Origin: Spirochaetota bacterium
GTDB taxonomy: Bacteria > Spirochaetota > Spirochaetia > Treponematales > Treponemataceae
Assembly (NCBI GenBank): GCA_023393015.1
Contig: JAEWMY010000037.1
Location: forward strand, 12,830-76,829
Reading direction: 5' to 3'
DNA: 64,000 bases
Below, piece by piece: positions 18,405-28,333 of the stretch. Every line of letters begins with the position of its first letter. Within the stretch, counting starts at the first letter, position 1. Under the pieces are notes generated by a model. That model saw only the letters and a program-made list of their open reading frames with translations. It did not search any database and was not told where the DNA came from. The position numbers were made by a program, and so were the translations under genes.

Positions 18405-19523
18405 TCAATTCGATTCGAACAGGCTTTTCCAATATTTCAGGATCGACCGCGCGCTGTCGTTCCAATTGTATCTTCCTATCCTTTCGAGACTTCGCCGTAT
18501 TAGCGCGTCTCGGTACGTCGTGTCCGAAACGACAAGCGCGATAGCCCTTCCCATCTCGTCCGAATCGTCTACTTTCTTGATGATGTGCGCGGCGTCTCCG
18601 ACGATTTCCGGAATCGCGAAAATGTCGCTCGTGATAACCGGGCATCCACAGGCCATCGCCTCGATATTCGGAATGCCAAACCCCTCCGCGAATGAGGGAA
18701 ACACGAAAACCGACGCGCGATTAAGCAAGAGGACCGCGGTTTTTTCCGTAATGAATCCCGGAGTGACGTATCTGTTCGCGATTCCGGCCCTTCTCGCCAT
18801 CGCGAGAGGTTCCTCTCCGTCCCATCCTTTGCCGGCGCAAACCAGATTGTAATCCAACCCGCCGAGCTCGCGAAACCGGGCGAAACCGTTGATTATCGTT
18901 TCGGGGTTTTTCCGCATGGAATAGCGGCTGATGTGGAGAACGAAAGGTTTGTCGGGTATCGGCGCGTTGTCCGCGGCCAATTCGGCTGTCGACAGACGGC
19001 GGTAGGTTTCGCTGATTCCGTTGGTTGTAATGAATACCCGATCGGGCTTGATTCCATAGTGTTCGACAAAGTAGTTTCGGCTTGCCTGCGAAACGGTCGC
19101 GATTCCGTCCATTCTGCGCATGTACGCGGGTTGCAACACAGTTTCATGAACGCGCTGGAGGAACGTATAACCCTCGGGATACAGGACTTCCTCGATGCCG
19201 TGGACGGTCGCGGTCTTTTTGGCCCTGATTCCCCATATCGGCGCGTAGACAGAAAGGGGCGTGTAATGGATAAGGTCGAACCCCTGGCGCGCGAGCGTAA
19301 CGCTTGCCCGTAACGGGTTTCGCGGAATGAGCAATTCCCGTACTCGGGAGTATATCGGGTTGTCGCTTTTACTATAATGCGCGAAAGTAAAATCGAACGT
19401 GTCGTCGTTGAGGTCAAGGACGTGATTCATCAATTCATTCAGATGATGGCCGGATCCCGAGGTCCAGTTGTCCAGTTGCTTGGACATGACCGCGATACGA
19501 ATGCATTTCCCTGTACCACTCAT
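18405..19523 (-). CDS. GT4-family (GT-B, group 1) glycosyltransferase
   Basis: C-terminal RASVFVFPSFAEGFGIPNIEAMACGCPVITSDIFAIPEIVGDAA is the E-x7-E GT4 signature. The start is taken at MSGTGKCIRIAVMSK (19523); the ORF extends to 19559. Confidence 0.85.
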   Translation of the reverse strand: MSGTGKCIRIAVMSKQLDNWTSGSGHHLNELMNHVLDLNDDTFDFTFAHYSKSDNPIYSRVRELLIPRNPLRASVTLARQGFDLIHYTPLSVYAPIWGIRAKKTATVHGIEEVLYPEGYTFLQRVHETVLQPAYMRRMDGIATVSQASRNYFVEHYGIKPDRVFITTNGISETYRRLSTAELAADNAPIPDKPFVLHISRYSMRKNPETIINGFARFRELGGLDYNLVCAGKGWDGEEPLAMARRAGIANRYVTPGFITEKTAVLLLNRASVFVFPSFAEGFGIPNIEAMACGCPVITSDIFAIPEIVGDAAHIIKKVDDSDEMGRAIALVVSDTTYRDALIRRSLERIGRYNWNDSARSILKYWKSLFESN

Positions 19524-19551
19524 GGAAAAGAGTATATAATGGCGTTCATCT

Positions 19552-20625
19552 ATGATCAATATTACCGTGTTGACGCTTGTTGACAGAATCGCCTGTTTTT
19601 ACTCCTTGTATCCCTTTTTTACCAATACCGACAAACGATTTTCATTTACATACACTTCGGATCCCGATTGGTGCCTTTCGAAAGACGGTAACCGCATTCT
19701 TATCATGATGAGGCAATTCATCAAGCCGGATTACGTCGATCTGGATATGATGACAAGCCTGCGCGCTAAATACGAGCGCATAGCCTTTTTTCACGATGAC
19801 GCTGGGGGCGGCATTCCAAGGCTCTCTTTGCTTCCGTATGTCGATGTATTCTACACCAAGGCGCTCTTTCGGGATCGGTCGCTGTACGGCAGGCAGTTGT
19901 ACGGGAAGGAGCTATACTCGGATTATTATCACAGGAAATACGGCGTTGTCGACAGCGACTGTCGGGACAGATCCGTCGTCAGGGACGCCGGAGAGATCGG
20001 CAAACTGAGGCTTTCATGGAATATCGGAGTCGGAAACTATCCCAGGTCACACTTTCGACAACGAACCGGAGTGGCGCTTTCCCGTGTAACGCGTCCCGAC
20101 GCGTCCCGTTTTTTTTATGTAAGAGACCGGTTTGACCCGGATAGGGCGATTGCCGATAACGGGGGGCTTTATCAGGTTCACGCGAGATTCGGTCAGATAA
20201 GTCGCCCTTCGATTTCCTATCAGAGAAAACTCATTCTGGACGTATTGGGTAATCGTTCCGATTTCTTAACCGGTATGGTCTCCCAAAAGCGCTTTAACCG
20301 GGAAACAGCCCACTCGAAGTTGGTAATCAGCCCCTTCGGATGGGGAGAAATCTGTTTACGGGATTTTGAGACGATCCGCAGCGCGGCGTTGCTCCTGAAA
20401 CCGGACATGTCTCATCTGGAGACTTGGCCTGACATCTTCATTCCCGGAGCTACGTATGTACCGTTCTCGTGGGATGCCGACGACCTAATCGAGAAGGCTC
20501 GATACTATCTGACCAACTCCGATAAGCGACTTGCGATCGTCAGGAGGGCCGCCGTGAAGTATCGTGACGATTTGAATGAATTGCAAAATCGCTTTTCGTC
20601 AATAATGGAGGAAATCGCAATATGA
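19552..20625 (+). CDS. Putative glycosyltransferase (GT-B-like, exostosin/CgeB-like C-terminal half), function uncertain
   Basis: 357 aa. The C-terminal SKLVISPFGWGEICLRDFETIRSAALLLKPD...YVPFSWDADDLIEKARYYLTNSDKRLAIVRRAAVKYRD resembles the nucleotide-sugar-binding half of GT-B enzymes. The gene is clearly more A/T-rich than its flanks. Confidence 0.45.
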   Translation: MINITVLTLVDRIACFYSLYPFFTNTDKRFSFTYTSDPDWCLSKDGNRILIMMRQFIKPDYVDLDMMTSLRAKYERIAFFHDDAGGGIPRLSLLPYVDVFYTKALFRDRSLYGRQLYGKELYSDYYHRKYGVVDSDCRDRSVVRDAGEIGKLRLSWNIGVGNYPRSHFRQRTGVALSRVTRPDASRFFYVRDRFDPDRAIADNGGLYQVHARFGQISRPSISYQRKLILDVLGNRSDFLTGMVSQKRFNRETAHSKLVISPFGWGEICLRDFETIRSAALLLKPDMSHLETWPDIFIPGATYVPFSWDADDLIEKARYYLTNSDKRLAIVRRAAVKYRDDLNELQNRFSSIMEEIAI

Positions 20626-21350
20626 CGTATTCTATGAGTGATATCTATAATTCACTGACTTCGGAGAAGCGGAAAGCGGACGGTTCCATGACCGCCTTTG
20701 TTTTCCGTCCGATTTCTTATCCGGTAAGTTGGCTGTTCCTGAGACTCGGCGTGTCGCCGAACGGGGTGACGTACGTAAGCATGCTGTTCTGCGTCATCGC
20801 CTTTATACTGACGCTGTTTCCGGTCGTTGTCTTTCATTGGCTGGCGATAGCCTTTTTTTTCGTATTCGCGGTCCTGGACTGTGCCGACGGAAACATGGCG
20901 CGGACTATCGGAAAGAAAACCGTGTACGGGGGATTCGTTGACGCGATGGGCGGGTATCTCGCGTATTCCACGCAGCTTTTTTCCGTCGGTCTGTCTTGCT
21001 ATCTGCTTGCCGATGATTCATTCATGGGCGTCGCGCTTCCTTGGGATACTGCTACATGGGTGTTGCTGGGAGGATTCGCCGCTTGCGGTAATTCGTTGAT
21101 GAGGCTCTTTTTTCAAGCAATGAAAAACGCCGAGATTACCGCCGGCGTAATACGCACGCCCGGCAAGGATAAGCGTTTCAGCGAGGAAATCGGCGTCACT
21201 GGGTATCTCCCCGTCCTCTACGCAATCGGTTTCGCGACGCAGACGCTGTCTTTTGTGCTTGTCGCGTATACGTTCGTGTATGCCGGAGGCCTGCTGCTGA
21301 CGACCTTCAAGCTGATTCGACGGGTTTCGACCTCGCGACAGGCGGTTTGA
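20622..21350 (+). CDS. CDP-alcohol phosphatidyltransferase-family membrane enzyme
   Basis: DCADGNMARTIGKKTVYGGFVDAMGGY matches D-G-x2-A-R-x8-G-x3-D-x3-D. There are multiple TM helices, and the start overlaps the upstream stop (ATGA). Confidence 0.8.
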   Translation: MTYSMSDIYNSLTSEKRKADGSMTAFVFRPISYPVSWLFLRLGVSPNGVTYVSMLFCVIAFILTLFPVVVFHWLAIAFFFVFAVLDCADGNMARTIGKKTVYGGFVDAMGGYLAYSTQLFSVGLSCYLLADDSFMGVALPWDTATWVLLGGFAACGNSLMRLFFQAMKNAEITAGVIRTPGKDKRFSEEIGVTGYLPVLYAIGFATQTLSFVLVAYTFVYAGGLLLTTFKLIRRVSTSRQAV

Positions 21351-21530
21351 CGGAACACGCTCGATCGTCGTGGCGGCAACCGCGCGAACCCGTTCGAGCC
21401 GTTCGCTTACCGAAACCAAACGGAAACGGTTTTCTTTCTCATCGTAATCTCACGCTTTCCTTACGGACCCGTGCGAGAGTCGTACAATCCCGACAGCCGT
21501 CGGGGAATCTCGGAGAGAAGGACGACTACG

Positions 21531-22553
21531 ATGACCAAAAGAACCATTCTTGTTTTAGCGCTCGCGGTTTCCTGCGCCTGCGCCTTCGCCGCGGGGGCCG
21601 CCGACGCCAAGTCGAAGCCGATCGTCATGGTTTGGTACCCGAACGAATCGGGCGAGGACATGAAGGGAGCCCGCGACGCCTTCGCCGCGCTTATAACCGA
21701 GGCGACCGGACGGCCCGTCGACCACAAACTCACGACCGACTACACCATCGCCATCGAGGCGATCGCGAACGGCAAGGCGGATCTCGGTTTCTTCGGCCCT
21801 CAGGGGTACGTCGAGGCGCATTCCAAAAACGCCAAGGTCCTTCCGCTTGTCGTCAATTCGGGCGCCTCGGGGACGCTTTCCGACGCGGTATACTATAGCT
21901 GGCTCAACGTCCGTCTCGGAGAGGAAGGCGCGTACAAGAACGGCCCGGCCTATTCGATCGACGCGGTCCAGGGCAAGCGGTTTTCGTGGGTATCGACGAG
22001 TTCCACCTCCGGGTTCAAGGTTCCCTCGTCCGGCATCGTATCGTACTTCAAGAAGAAACCCGAATGGGCCGGTCTCAAGGCGGACGGGCTTCTCGAGGGC
22101 GGCAAGGACAAGTTCTTCTCCGAGGTGCTGTTCGGCAATTCCCATCAGGGTTCCGCGGTAAACCTCCTGACCGGAAAGGCGGACGTCGCGGCGTTCTGCG
22201 ATACCTGCGTGGCGAACTACGTCGAGCTCGTGACCGGTCCCGAGAACAGACCGGGTGCCGTGTACCAGATCCGAAAGGATACCGCCGATCCGTTCACCGG
22301 GCTTATAGGGAAGAAGTTCGTGGTAATCCAGTCGGTTCCCGTGCTCAACTCCCCCTTCATCTACAACGCCTCGCTCGTGTCTCCCGAAACCGTCGCGAAA
22401 CTGCGCGAGGTTTTCATGCGCGACTCAACGACGAACAACGCGATGATATTCGTTCCGAAGGGCGCGGCGCACAAGGGGATGTTCAAGGGCGGGGAACGGT
22501 TCCTTACCGTCGAGGACGGGTGGTTCCAGCCGATCCGCGATCTGAGCAAATAA
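21531..22553 (+). CDS. phnD: Phosphonate/phosphite ABC transporter substrate-binding protein
   Basis: Signal peptide MTKRTILVLALAVSCACAFAAGA, then PIVMVWYPNESGEDMK...DYTIAIEAIANGKADLGFFGPQGYV...FSWVSTSSTSGF, the PhnD family pattern. The start is the ATG at 21531 inside ORF 21471..22553. Confidence 0.9.
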   Translation: MTKRTILVLALAVSCACAFAAGAADAKSKPIVMVWYPNESGEDMKGARDAFAALITEATGRPVDHKLTTDYTIAIEAIANGKADLGFFGPQGYVEAHSKNAKVLPLVVNSGASGTLSDAVYYSWLNVRLGEEGAYKNGPAYSIDAVQGKRFSWVSTSSTSGFKVPSSGIVSYFKKKPEWAGLKADGLLEGGKDKFFSEVLFGNSHQGSAVNLLTGKADVAAFCDTCVANYVELVTGPENRPGAVYQIRKDTADPFTGLIGKKFVVIQSVPVLNSPFIYNASLVSPETVAKLREVFMRDSTTNNAMIFVPKGAAHKGMFKGGERFLTVEDGWFQPIRDLSK

Positions 22554-22573
22554 AAGGTCACAAGGCGGTTATC

Positions 22574-23335
22574 ATGGCGTTGCTGGAAGTCGAACGTGCG
22601 GGAAAATACTACAACGACACGCGTGCCCTGCACGACGTCAGTTTCAAGGTCAAGAAGGGCGAGTTCGTGTCCGTGATCGGAAGGTCCGGCGCGGGGAAAT
22701 CGACCCTTCTCCGTTGCATCAACAGGATGATCGACCTGACGTCCGGCACGGTCGTGTTCGACGGGTACGACATGCACCGGCTCCCGAAGGGAGAGTTGCG
22801 CCACGCGCGAAAGCGCATCGGCATGATCTTCCAGCACTACAACCTGGTAAACCGCCAGACCGTCCTCGAGAACGTCCTGCACGGACGGCTTGGATACAAA
22901 AACGACCTTCAGGGAATTTTCGGCCTCTATTCCGAGGACGAGAAGCGCCAGGCGGTCGCGATCGTCGACAAGCTCGGCCTTTCGGACCAGATGTACAGGA
23001 GATGCGACGCCCTTTCGGGGGGCCAGAAGCAGCGTGTGGGCATCGCCCGCGCGCTCGTGCAGGACCCGAGGCTCATTCTCTGCGACGAGCCGATCGCGAG
23101 TCTCGATCCGGGTTCCGCGAAGGTCATCATGGACCATCTGCGCTCGATCAGCCGAGATCTCGGCATCTCCGTGCTCGTGAACCTCCATCAGGTCGACGTC
23201 GCCGCGAAGTACTCGGATCGGATTCTTGGCGTGCGCGGCGGGGAACTCGTGTTCGACGGCGAGCCGGAGCGTCTCAAGAAGCGCACGGTGTACGAAATTT
23301 ACGGAACGGAAGACGGCGAGCTCGTCGGGGACTGA
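22574..23335 (+). CDS. phnC: Phosphonate ABC transporter ATP-binding protein
   Basis: MALLEVERAGKYY...VIGRSGAGKSTLLRCINR (Walker A), LSGGQKQRVGIARAL (signature) and LILCDEPIASLDP (Walker B). The real start is the ATG at 22574 inside ORF 21986..23335. Confidence 0.95.
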   Translation: MALLEVERAGKYYNDTRALHDVSFKVKKGEFVSVIGRSGAGKSTLLRCINRMIDLTSGTVVFDGYDMHRLPKGELRHARKRIGMIFQHYNLVNRQTVLENVLHGRLGYKNDLQGIFGLYSEDEKRQAVAIVDKLGLSDQMYRRCDALSGGQKQRVGIARALVQDPRLILCDEPIASLDPGSAKVIMDHLRSISRDLGISVLVNLHQVDVAAKYSDRILGVRGGELVFDGEPERLKKRTVYEIYGTEDGELVGD

Positions 23336-23339
23336 TGGC

Positions 23340-24140
23340 ATGACGAAAACCATTTCGTATCGGGCTTTTTTCGCGCGCCGGAGGCGGATCACGCTCCTTT
23401 GCGTCGTTATCGCCTGGGTCCTGATCTCCGCGTCGAAACGGCTGACCGGTTTTACCTTCGCCGAAAGCGCGCTCGCGTTTCCCTCGGCGTTACGGTGGAT
23501 GGCGGTCAATTTCGTGCCGAACGCGGACGCCCTGTCGAGGCTTCCCGACATTCTCGTCAAGCTCAGGCAAACCGTGCTGATCTCGGTCATGTCGACCGTC
23601 GTCGCCGCCGGTCTCGCCTTCGTCTTCGCGGTGCTCGGCTGCCGCGCGACGGGCAAGGGCCGGGTCGCCTCGGCGGCCGTCCGTCTCGTCGCGTCGTTCT
23701 TCAGGAACATACCGGTCGCCGCGTGGGCGATGATCTTTCTCTTCAGCTTCGGGCAGTCCGACTTCACGGGGTTTCTCGCGATATTCGTCGAATCCTTCGG
23801 CTTTCTCACGCGCGCTTTTCTCGAGTCCATCGACGAGACGGCGGGCGATAGCGTCGAGGCTCTGCGCGCGAGCGGCGCTACCTGGTCGCACACGGTGGCA
23901 CAATCGGTCGTGCCGTCGGTGTTGCCGCAGGCCGTAAGCTGGATGCTCTACATGGTAGAGACGAACATCAGATCCGCGACCCTCGTCGGGATCCTTACCG
24001 GGACGGGTATCGGCTTCGCCTTCAACCTGTACTACAAGCGTATGAATTACCCGGCGGCCGCGCTCGTGACGCTGTCGGTCGTCGTCGTCGTGCTCGCCAT
24101 CGAGATGCTTTCGAACAGAATCAGGAGGGCCACGCAATGA
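23340..24140 (+). CDS. phnE: Phosphonate ABC transporter permease (copy 1)
   Basis: Polytopic protein with ...IPVAAWAMIFLFSFG...VEALRASGATWSHTVAQSVVPSVLPQ (EAA-like loop typical of PhnE). Start is the ATG at 23340. Confidence 0.9.
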   Translation: MTKTISYRAFFARRRRITLLCVVIAWVLISASKRLTGFTFAESALAFPSALRWMAVNFVPNADALSRLPDILVKLRQTVLISVMSTVVAAGLAFVFAVLGCRATGKGRVASAAVRLVASFFRNIPVAAWAMIFLFSFGQSDFTGFLAIFVESFGFLTRAFLESIDETAGDSVEALRASGATWSHTVAQSVVPSVLPQAVSWMLYMVETNIRSATLVGILTGTGIGFAFNLYYKRMNYPAAALVTLSVVVVVLAIEMLSNRIRRATQ

Positions 24141-24955
24141 GCTCCGTCATGTACGGGAAAAACGGGGCGATACGCCTGCGCGCGCGGACGTTCGCGGACA
24201 GTATCCCCGCGATCACGGTTGGTTTCATGGCCCTCGTTACCGTCGCCGGATTCTTCATGCTGGACGGGAAAGGCGTCTCCCTGATCGAGGGTCTCTCGAA
24301 AACGGGCCGCGATCTCGGCGTCATGTTCGCGAGTCCAGCGTTCAAGCATCTTACGCTCGGCGAGACGGCACGGCAGATAGCCGTGACCCTTTCCCTCGCG
24401 TTTCTCACCACGGTTCTCGGCGCGGCTATCGCGCTCTTTCTCGCCCTCGCGGCGGCGCGCAACCTGGCGCGGGGCCCGTTCGGCCCGTTCCTCAAGGGAT
24501 TTATCGCGGTCGTCAGGGCAGTTCCGACGGTGCTCTGGGTGCTGATATTCGCGATCGGCGCGGGTCTCGGCGCCGTCGCCGCCGTCGTCGGCATGGTGTT
24601 CCACACGATCGGATACCTCCTCAAGGCCTATTCGGAATCCTACGAGGAGATAGACTCGGGCGTCATCGAGGCCCTCAGGGCGTCGGGGGCGAGCTGGTGG
24701 CAAATCGTCTTTCAGGCGGTTTTCCCCGCCTCCATGACGGCGATCCTTTCGTGGACGTTCATCCGCTTCGAGATCAACTTCGTGACCGCGGTAGCCATGG
24801 GCGCCGCCGCCGGCGCCGGAGGGATCGGATTCGACCTTTTCATGGCATCGAGTTTTTACTTCGACCTTCGCGAGGTCGGCTCGATCACATGGGCGATTCT
24901 CGCCGTCGCGATCGCACTCGAGGCCGCGGGCGAGAGGATGAAGCGGAGTTTCTAG
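24137..24955 (+). CDS. phnE: Phosphonate ABC transporter permease (copy 2)
   Basis: Paralogue of the upstream permease: VIEALRASGASWWQIVFQAVFPASMTAILSW. It overlaps the upstream stop by 4 nt. Confidence 0.9.
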   Translation: MSSVMYGKNGAIRLRARTFADSIPAITVGFMALVTVAGFFMLDGKGVSLIEGLSKTGRDLGVMFASPAFKHLTLGETARQIAVTLSLAFLTTVLGAAIALFLALAAARNLARGPFGPFLKGFIAVVRAVPTVLWVLIFAIGAGLGAVAAVVGMVFHTIGYLLKAYSESYEEIDSGVIEALRASGASWWQIVFQAVFPASMTAILSWTFIRFEINFVTAVAMGAAAGAGGIGFDLFMASSFYFDLREVGSITWAILAVAIALEAAGERMKRSF

Positions 24956-25782
24956 CGAAGCGTAAAGCGTTCGGCGAGCGGACTTGAGAACACCGAGTGC
25001 GGCGCGGTAATCCCGCCCACCCGGTGAACCGATCCGAGCGACCCGTGACTGTCGCTTCCCCCCGTCAGGAAAAGACCGTAACGCGCGGAAAACGCGAGGA
25101 TACTCTTATGGTCCTCGAGGCGGTGGCTCTCGTGGTAAAACTCGATTCCTCGAAGGCCGGCGTCGACGAGGAGGGGAACGAGGTCGAGTATCCCCTGTTG
25201 TCCTGGATGGGCGAGTACCGCGAGTCCGCCGTCCTCCGCGACGGCCGCCACCGCCTCCCGGCAATCGGGATAGCGGATGTCGCCGGAGCACGGTCCTCCC
25301 TTCCCGAAAAGCTCGCGGTACGGCCGGCCGTACACGGATTCGGAAACGCCCTCGTCAACGAGAAGCTTCATGATGTGCTGCTTGTAGAGCGTGCGCGGAT
25401 TCCCGTTCGCCTTCCGCACCCGTTCCTCGGAAACGGGATAACCCATGCGCGCGAGCGTCTCTATCTTCCCGAGCGTCGCCTCCTCGCGCGCGCGGAGTAC
25501 GGGGTCGCACAGGCCTCGTATGGCCGCCGTCGACGAGAATCCGTAGCCGAGAACGTGGACCTTCCTGCCGGTCGCGGGGTCGAAGGCCGATATCTCGATG
25601 CCGGAGACCGTCGCCATTCCGGCCTTGCCGCCTTCCTCGCGAAGCTCTTCGACGTGGCTTACGGTGTCGTGGTCCGTCACCGAAAGGTGCGTCACCCCGC
25701 ATTCCGCCGCGAGGGCGACGACGCGCTCGATCGTGTCGGACCCGTCGGAGTGAGCGCTGTGCGCGTGAAGGTCAGCCCTCAT
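24952..25782 (-). CDS. PHP-domain (COG0613-type) phosphoesterase at the end of the C-P lyase operon, candidate PhnPP-like cyclic phosphodiesterase
   Basis: [41 protein letters not shown]...GIEISA...LAHPG...GIEFYH...GGSDSHG is the PHP His/Asp metal-ligand set. It overlaps the phnL stop by 11 nt. Confidence 0.75.
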   Translation of the reverse strand: MRADLHAHSAHSDGSDTIERVVALAAECGVTHLSVTDHDTVSHVEELREEGGKAGMATVSGIEISAFDPATGRKVHVLGYGFSSTAAIRGLCDPVLRAREEATLGKIETLARMGYPVSEERVRKANGNPRTLYKQHIMKLLVDEGVSESVYGRPYRELFGKGGPCSGDIRYPDCREAVAAVAEDGGLAVLAHPGQQGILDLVPLLVDAGLRGIEFYHESHRLEDHKSILAFSARYGLFLTGGSDSHGSLGSVHRVGGITAPHSVFSSPLAERFTLR

Positions 25783-26482
25783 GGCCGTACCCGACGAGAC
25801 CCGCGTTCATGCGGTATTCGCGGTCGCACAGGCCTTCCATGAACTCGATGTCGTGGAATATCCCGAGCATCGTCGTGCCGTCCGCCTTGAGCCGTTCGAT
25901 GAGCTGGCGCACGCGTACCTTCGAGTGCGAGTCGAGACTCGCCGTCGGCTCGTCGAGCAGGAGAAGTCTCGGCCGCTTGACCATCGCGCGGGCGATGTTG
26001 AGCCTGAGCTTCTCGCCGCCCGAGAAGGTCTGCGCGAAGCTGTCCCAGAGGACGGGGTCGAGCTCGAAGTGGCGGAGCATCCGATCGGCCTCGGCGTTCG
26101 CCGCCTCACCGTCGAGTCCCGTCTCGAGACCCGCCTCGACGATAGTGGAGCGGGCCGTCGTCCGCGGGATCACGTTCAGGAACTGGCTGACGTACCCGAT
26201 CTCGCGCTTCCGTAGCCAGAGTATCTCGCGTTCCGACGCGCGGGAGACGCTGATAGGTCCGAACTTCGCGGACTCGTAGAGTATTTCCCCCTCGTCGGCG
26301 AGATAGGTGCGGTATATCATGCGGAGGATCGTCGACTTTCCCGATCCGCTCTTGCCCGTGATCCCGACGAACTCGCCGGGCATCACCGCGATGTCGACGC
26401 CGCCGCACGCGCGTATGTCGGTACCCGTTTCGTGCACGCGAAATCGTTTCCCGAGCGACTTGATCTCGAGCAATGGTCTCAT
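25772..26482 (-). CDS. phnL: C-P lyase system ATP-binding protein PhnL
   Basis: [18 protein letters not shown]...[18 protein letters not shown]...[12 protein letters not shown]...[15 protein letters not shown]...[11 protein letters not shown]...GIFHD. The real start is the ATG at 26482 inside ORF 25772..27067. Confidence 0.9.
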   Translation of the reverse strand: MRPLLEIKSLGKRFRVHETGTDIRACGGVDIAVMPGEFVGITGKSGSGKSTILRMIYRTYLADEGEILYESAKFGPISVSRASEREILWLRKREIGYVSQFLNVIPRTTARSTIVEAGLETGLDGEAANAEADRMLRHFELDPVLWDSFAQTFSGGEKLRLNIARAMVKRPRLLLLDEPTASLDSHSKVRVRQLIERLKADGTTMLGIFHDIEFMEGLCDREYRMNAGLVGYGHEG

Positions 26483-27105
26483 TCGGCGTTTCTCCCCTTT
26501 CCGTGGAGCGCGACGAAGGCCTCGGGGGCGAGCCTGAAGTCGTCCTGCCTCCGGAGTATCGTGTCGCGGTCCCAGTCCCACCAGGCGATCTCCTCGAGGG
26601 CGGCCGCCGTTTCCCTCGCGCAGCGGAACCTCACGAGTTTCGCCGGAACTCCCACGACGATCGAGAACGCGGGAACGTCCTTCGTGACGACGGCGCCCGA
26701 GCCGACGATGGCGCCGTTGCCGACGGTGACTCCCGGCATGACGATCGCCCCGTGCCCGATCCAGGTGTCGTGCCCGATCCGGGCGATCCTCGATTCGCGC
26801 TTCGTGAAAAACGCGAGGTCGTCGTCTTTCGCGAACCCGAACATGCGCCTCCGGTAGGTGAAATGATGCAAAGTCGCCCGGTCCATCGGGTGATCGGTCG
26901 GGCCTATCCTGACGGCCGCCGCGATGTTCGAGAACTTTCCTATGTCCGCGTTTTGCGCGATGCACCAGGGACCGGTATACGAGAAATCGCCGAGTACGAC
27001 GTTTTCGAAACGGTTCCAGTCGCCGACCTCCGTCCATTCCCCGAGCTTCGATCCCGCGATCCGGCAATCCTTTCCGACGGTCGGTTTCTTTCCCAGTCGT
27101 TTCAT
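26479..27105 (-). CDS. Hexapeptide-repeat (LbH) acyltransferase of the phosphonate-metabolism type
   Basis: [47 protein letters not shown] contains hexapeptide repeats. It is embedded between phnM and phnL with 4-nt overlaps on both sides. A hexapeptide-transferase family specifically linked to phn operons is known. Confidence 0.85.
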   Translation of the reverse strand: MKRLGKKPTVGKDCRIAGSKLGEWTEVGDWNRFENVVLGDFSYTGPWCIAQNADIGKFSNIAAAVRIGPTDHPMDRATLHHFTYRRRMFGFAKDDDLAFFTKRESRIARIGHDTWIGHGAIVMPGVTVGNGAIVGSGAVVTKDVPAFSIVVGVPAKLVRFRCARETAAALEEIAWWDWDRDTILRRQDDFRLAPEAFVALHGKGRNAE

Positions 27106-28322
27106 ACCGTGCGTCCTTCCGTCCTGTAGCGCGACGAGAATACCTCTTTTCCGTCGACGATGGCGTGCGCGACGACGGGGAAGCCGTTTTCGATCCGCTT
27201 GACGACGAGCACGTCCGCCTTCTTGCCGACCTCGATCGATCCGATCTCGCCGTCCATGAGGACCGCCCGAGCCGGGTTTATCGTCACGAGATTGACGAGT
27301 TCGTGCAGGGGAATACCGCGCCTGTCATGAAGCGAGAAAACCGCGTGTATCATCGCGGCGGGGTAGTAGTCGCTGCAGAGGATGTCGACGCAGCCGTCGG
27401 CGATCGCCTCTTCCGCGGACAGGTTCCCCGAGTGGGATCCGCCCAGGAGGACGTTCGGCGCTCCGGCGATGGTGTGGAAGCCGAGGGCTTTCGCCTCGCG
27501 GGCGACCTCGAGCGTGATCGGAAACTCGCTGATCGTGGTCCCGAAGCTCCTCGCGAACGCGAGCTTCTCGACGCTGTCGTCGTCGTGCGAGGCGACCGCA
27601 ATTCCGCGCTCCCGGGCGATTCCGGCTATTTCCGATATCCTGTCGAGCGTGAGCTTGCGCGAGCCTTGAGTTTCCGCCACGATCCGGTCAAGCTCGGACT
27701 CCGAAAGGTCTTGATACCCCTTGAGCGTCGAACGGTACATCTCGATGTCGCGGTATTGTCCCTGCCCGGGCGTATGGTCCATGAAGGAGACGAGATGGAC
27801 CTTGCCTTCGCGGATGTATTCCAGGAGTTCTTCCGTCCGGTCGATATTGTCTATCTCGAATCGCGCGTGGAACCGGTGGCGTATGAGGTGAAGCGACGAG
27901 TGGGATCGCGCGATCACGTCCGCGAACTTCCTGACGTTCTCGGGGTTGCGGATCGGCTTCTCGCTGAAGAGCGCCCGCTTGTAGATCGAGAGCGAATGGA
28001 ACATCGTAGTGATCCCGTGGCTGACGAGCTCGCGTTCCGTCTCGCGCAGACCGAGGGAGAAGTCCATGACGCTCGTGGGCCTCGGAGAGGTCATGTGCTC
28101 GATGTAGTCGGAGTGGATGTCGACGAAGCCCGGGATCACGTAGCCGCCCTCCGCGTCGATTACCTCGCGCGCGGTCGATCCTCCGCTTGTCGCGCGGCGA
28201 GCGACGTCGCGTTCGCCGCCGTCCGGCACGATCGCCGCTATGCGTTCGTCGTCGATCGCGAGCGCGTGTCCCGCGATCTCGCCCTTTTCGGTGACGATCG
28301 TTCCGTTCTTGATCAGTGTCAT
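27102..28322 (-). CDS. phnM: Alpha-D-ribose 1-methylphosphonate 5-triphosphate diphosphatase PhnM (amidohydrolase fold)
   Basis: [16 protein letters not shown]...[14 protein letters not shown]...VASHDD...LCSDYYPA. The real start is the ATG at 28322 inside ORF 27102..29105. Confidence 0.9.
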   Translation of the reverse strand: MTLIKNGTIVTEKGEIAGHALAIDDERIAAIVPDGGERDVARRATSGGSTAREVIDAEGGYVIPGFVDIHSDYIEHMTSPRPTSVMDFSLGLRETERELVSHGITTMFHSLSIYKRALFSEKPIRNPENVRKFADVIARSHSSLHLIRHRFHARFEIDNIDRTEELLEYIREGKVHLVSFMDHTPGQGQYRDIEMYRSTLKGYQDLSESELDRIVAETQGSRKLTLDRISEIAGIARERGIAVASHDDDSVEKLAFARSFGTTISEFPITLEVAREAKALGFHTIAGAPNVLLGGSHSGNLSAEEAIADGCVDILCSDYYPAAMIHAVFSLHDRRGIPLHELVNLVTINPARAVLMDGEIGSIEVGKKADVLVVKRIENGFPVVAHAIVDGKEVFSSRYRTEGRTV

Positions 28323-28333
28323 GGTTCCTCCGG

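Noticed and set aside
21351-21530. Pho box or riboswitch in the 180-nt leader upstream of phnD, and in the 103-nt region upstream of phnG (32212-32314).
   Set aside because: I saw only short direct repeats (GAAACC/AAACGG) and small hairpins. There is no CTGTCAT-type tandem Pho box and no extended conserved-looking structure, so the evidence is insufficient to call a site.
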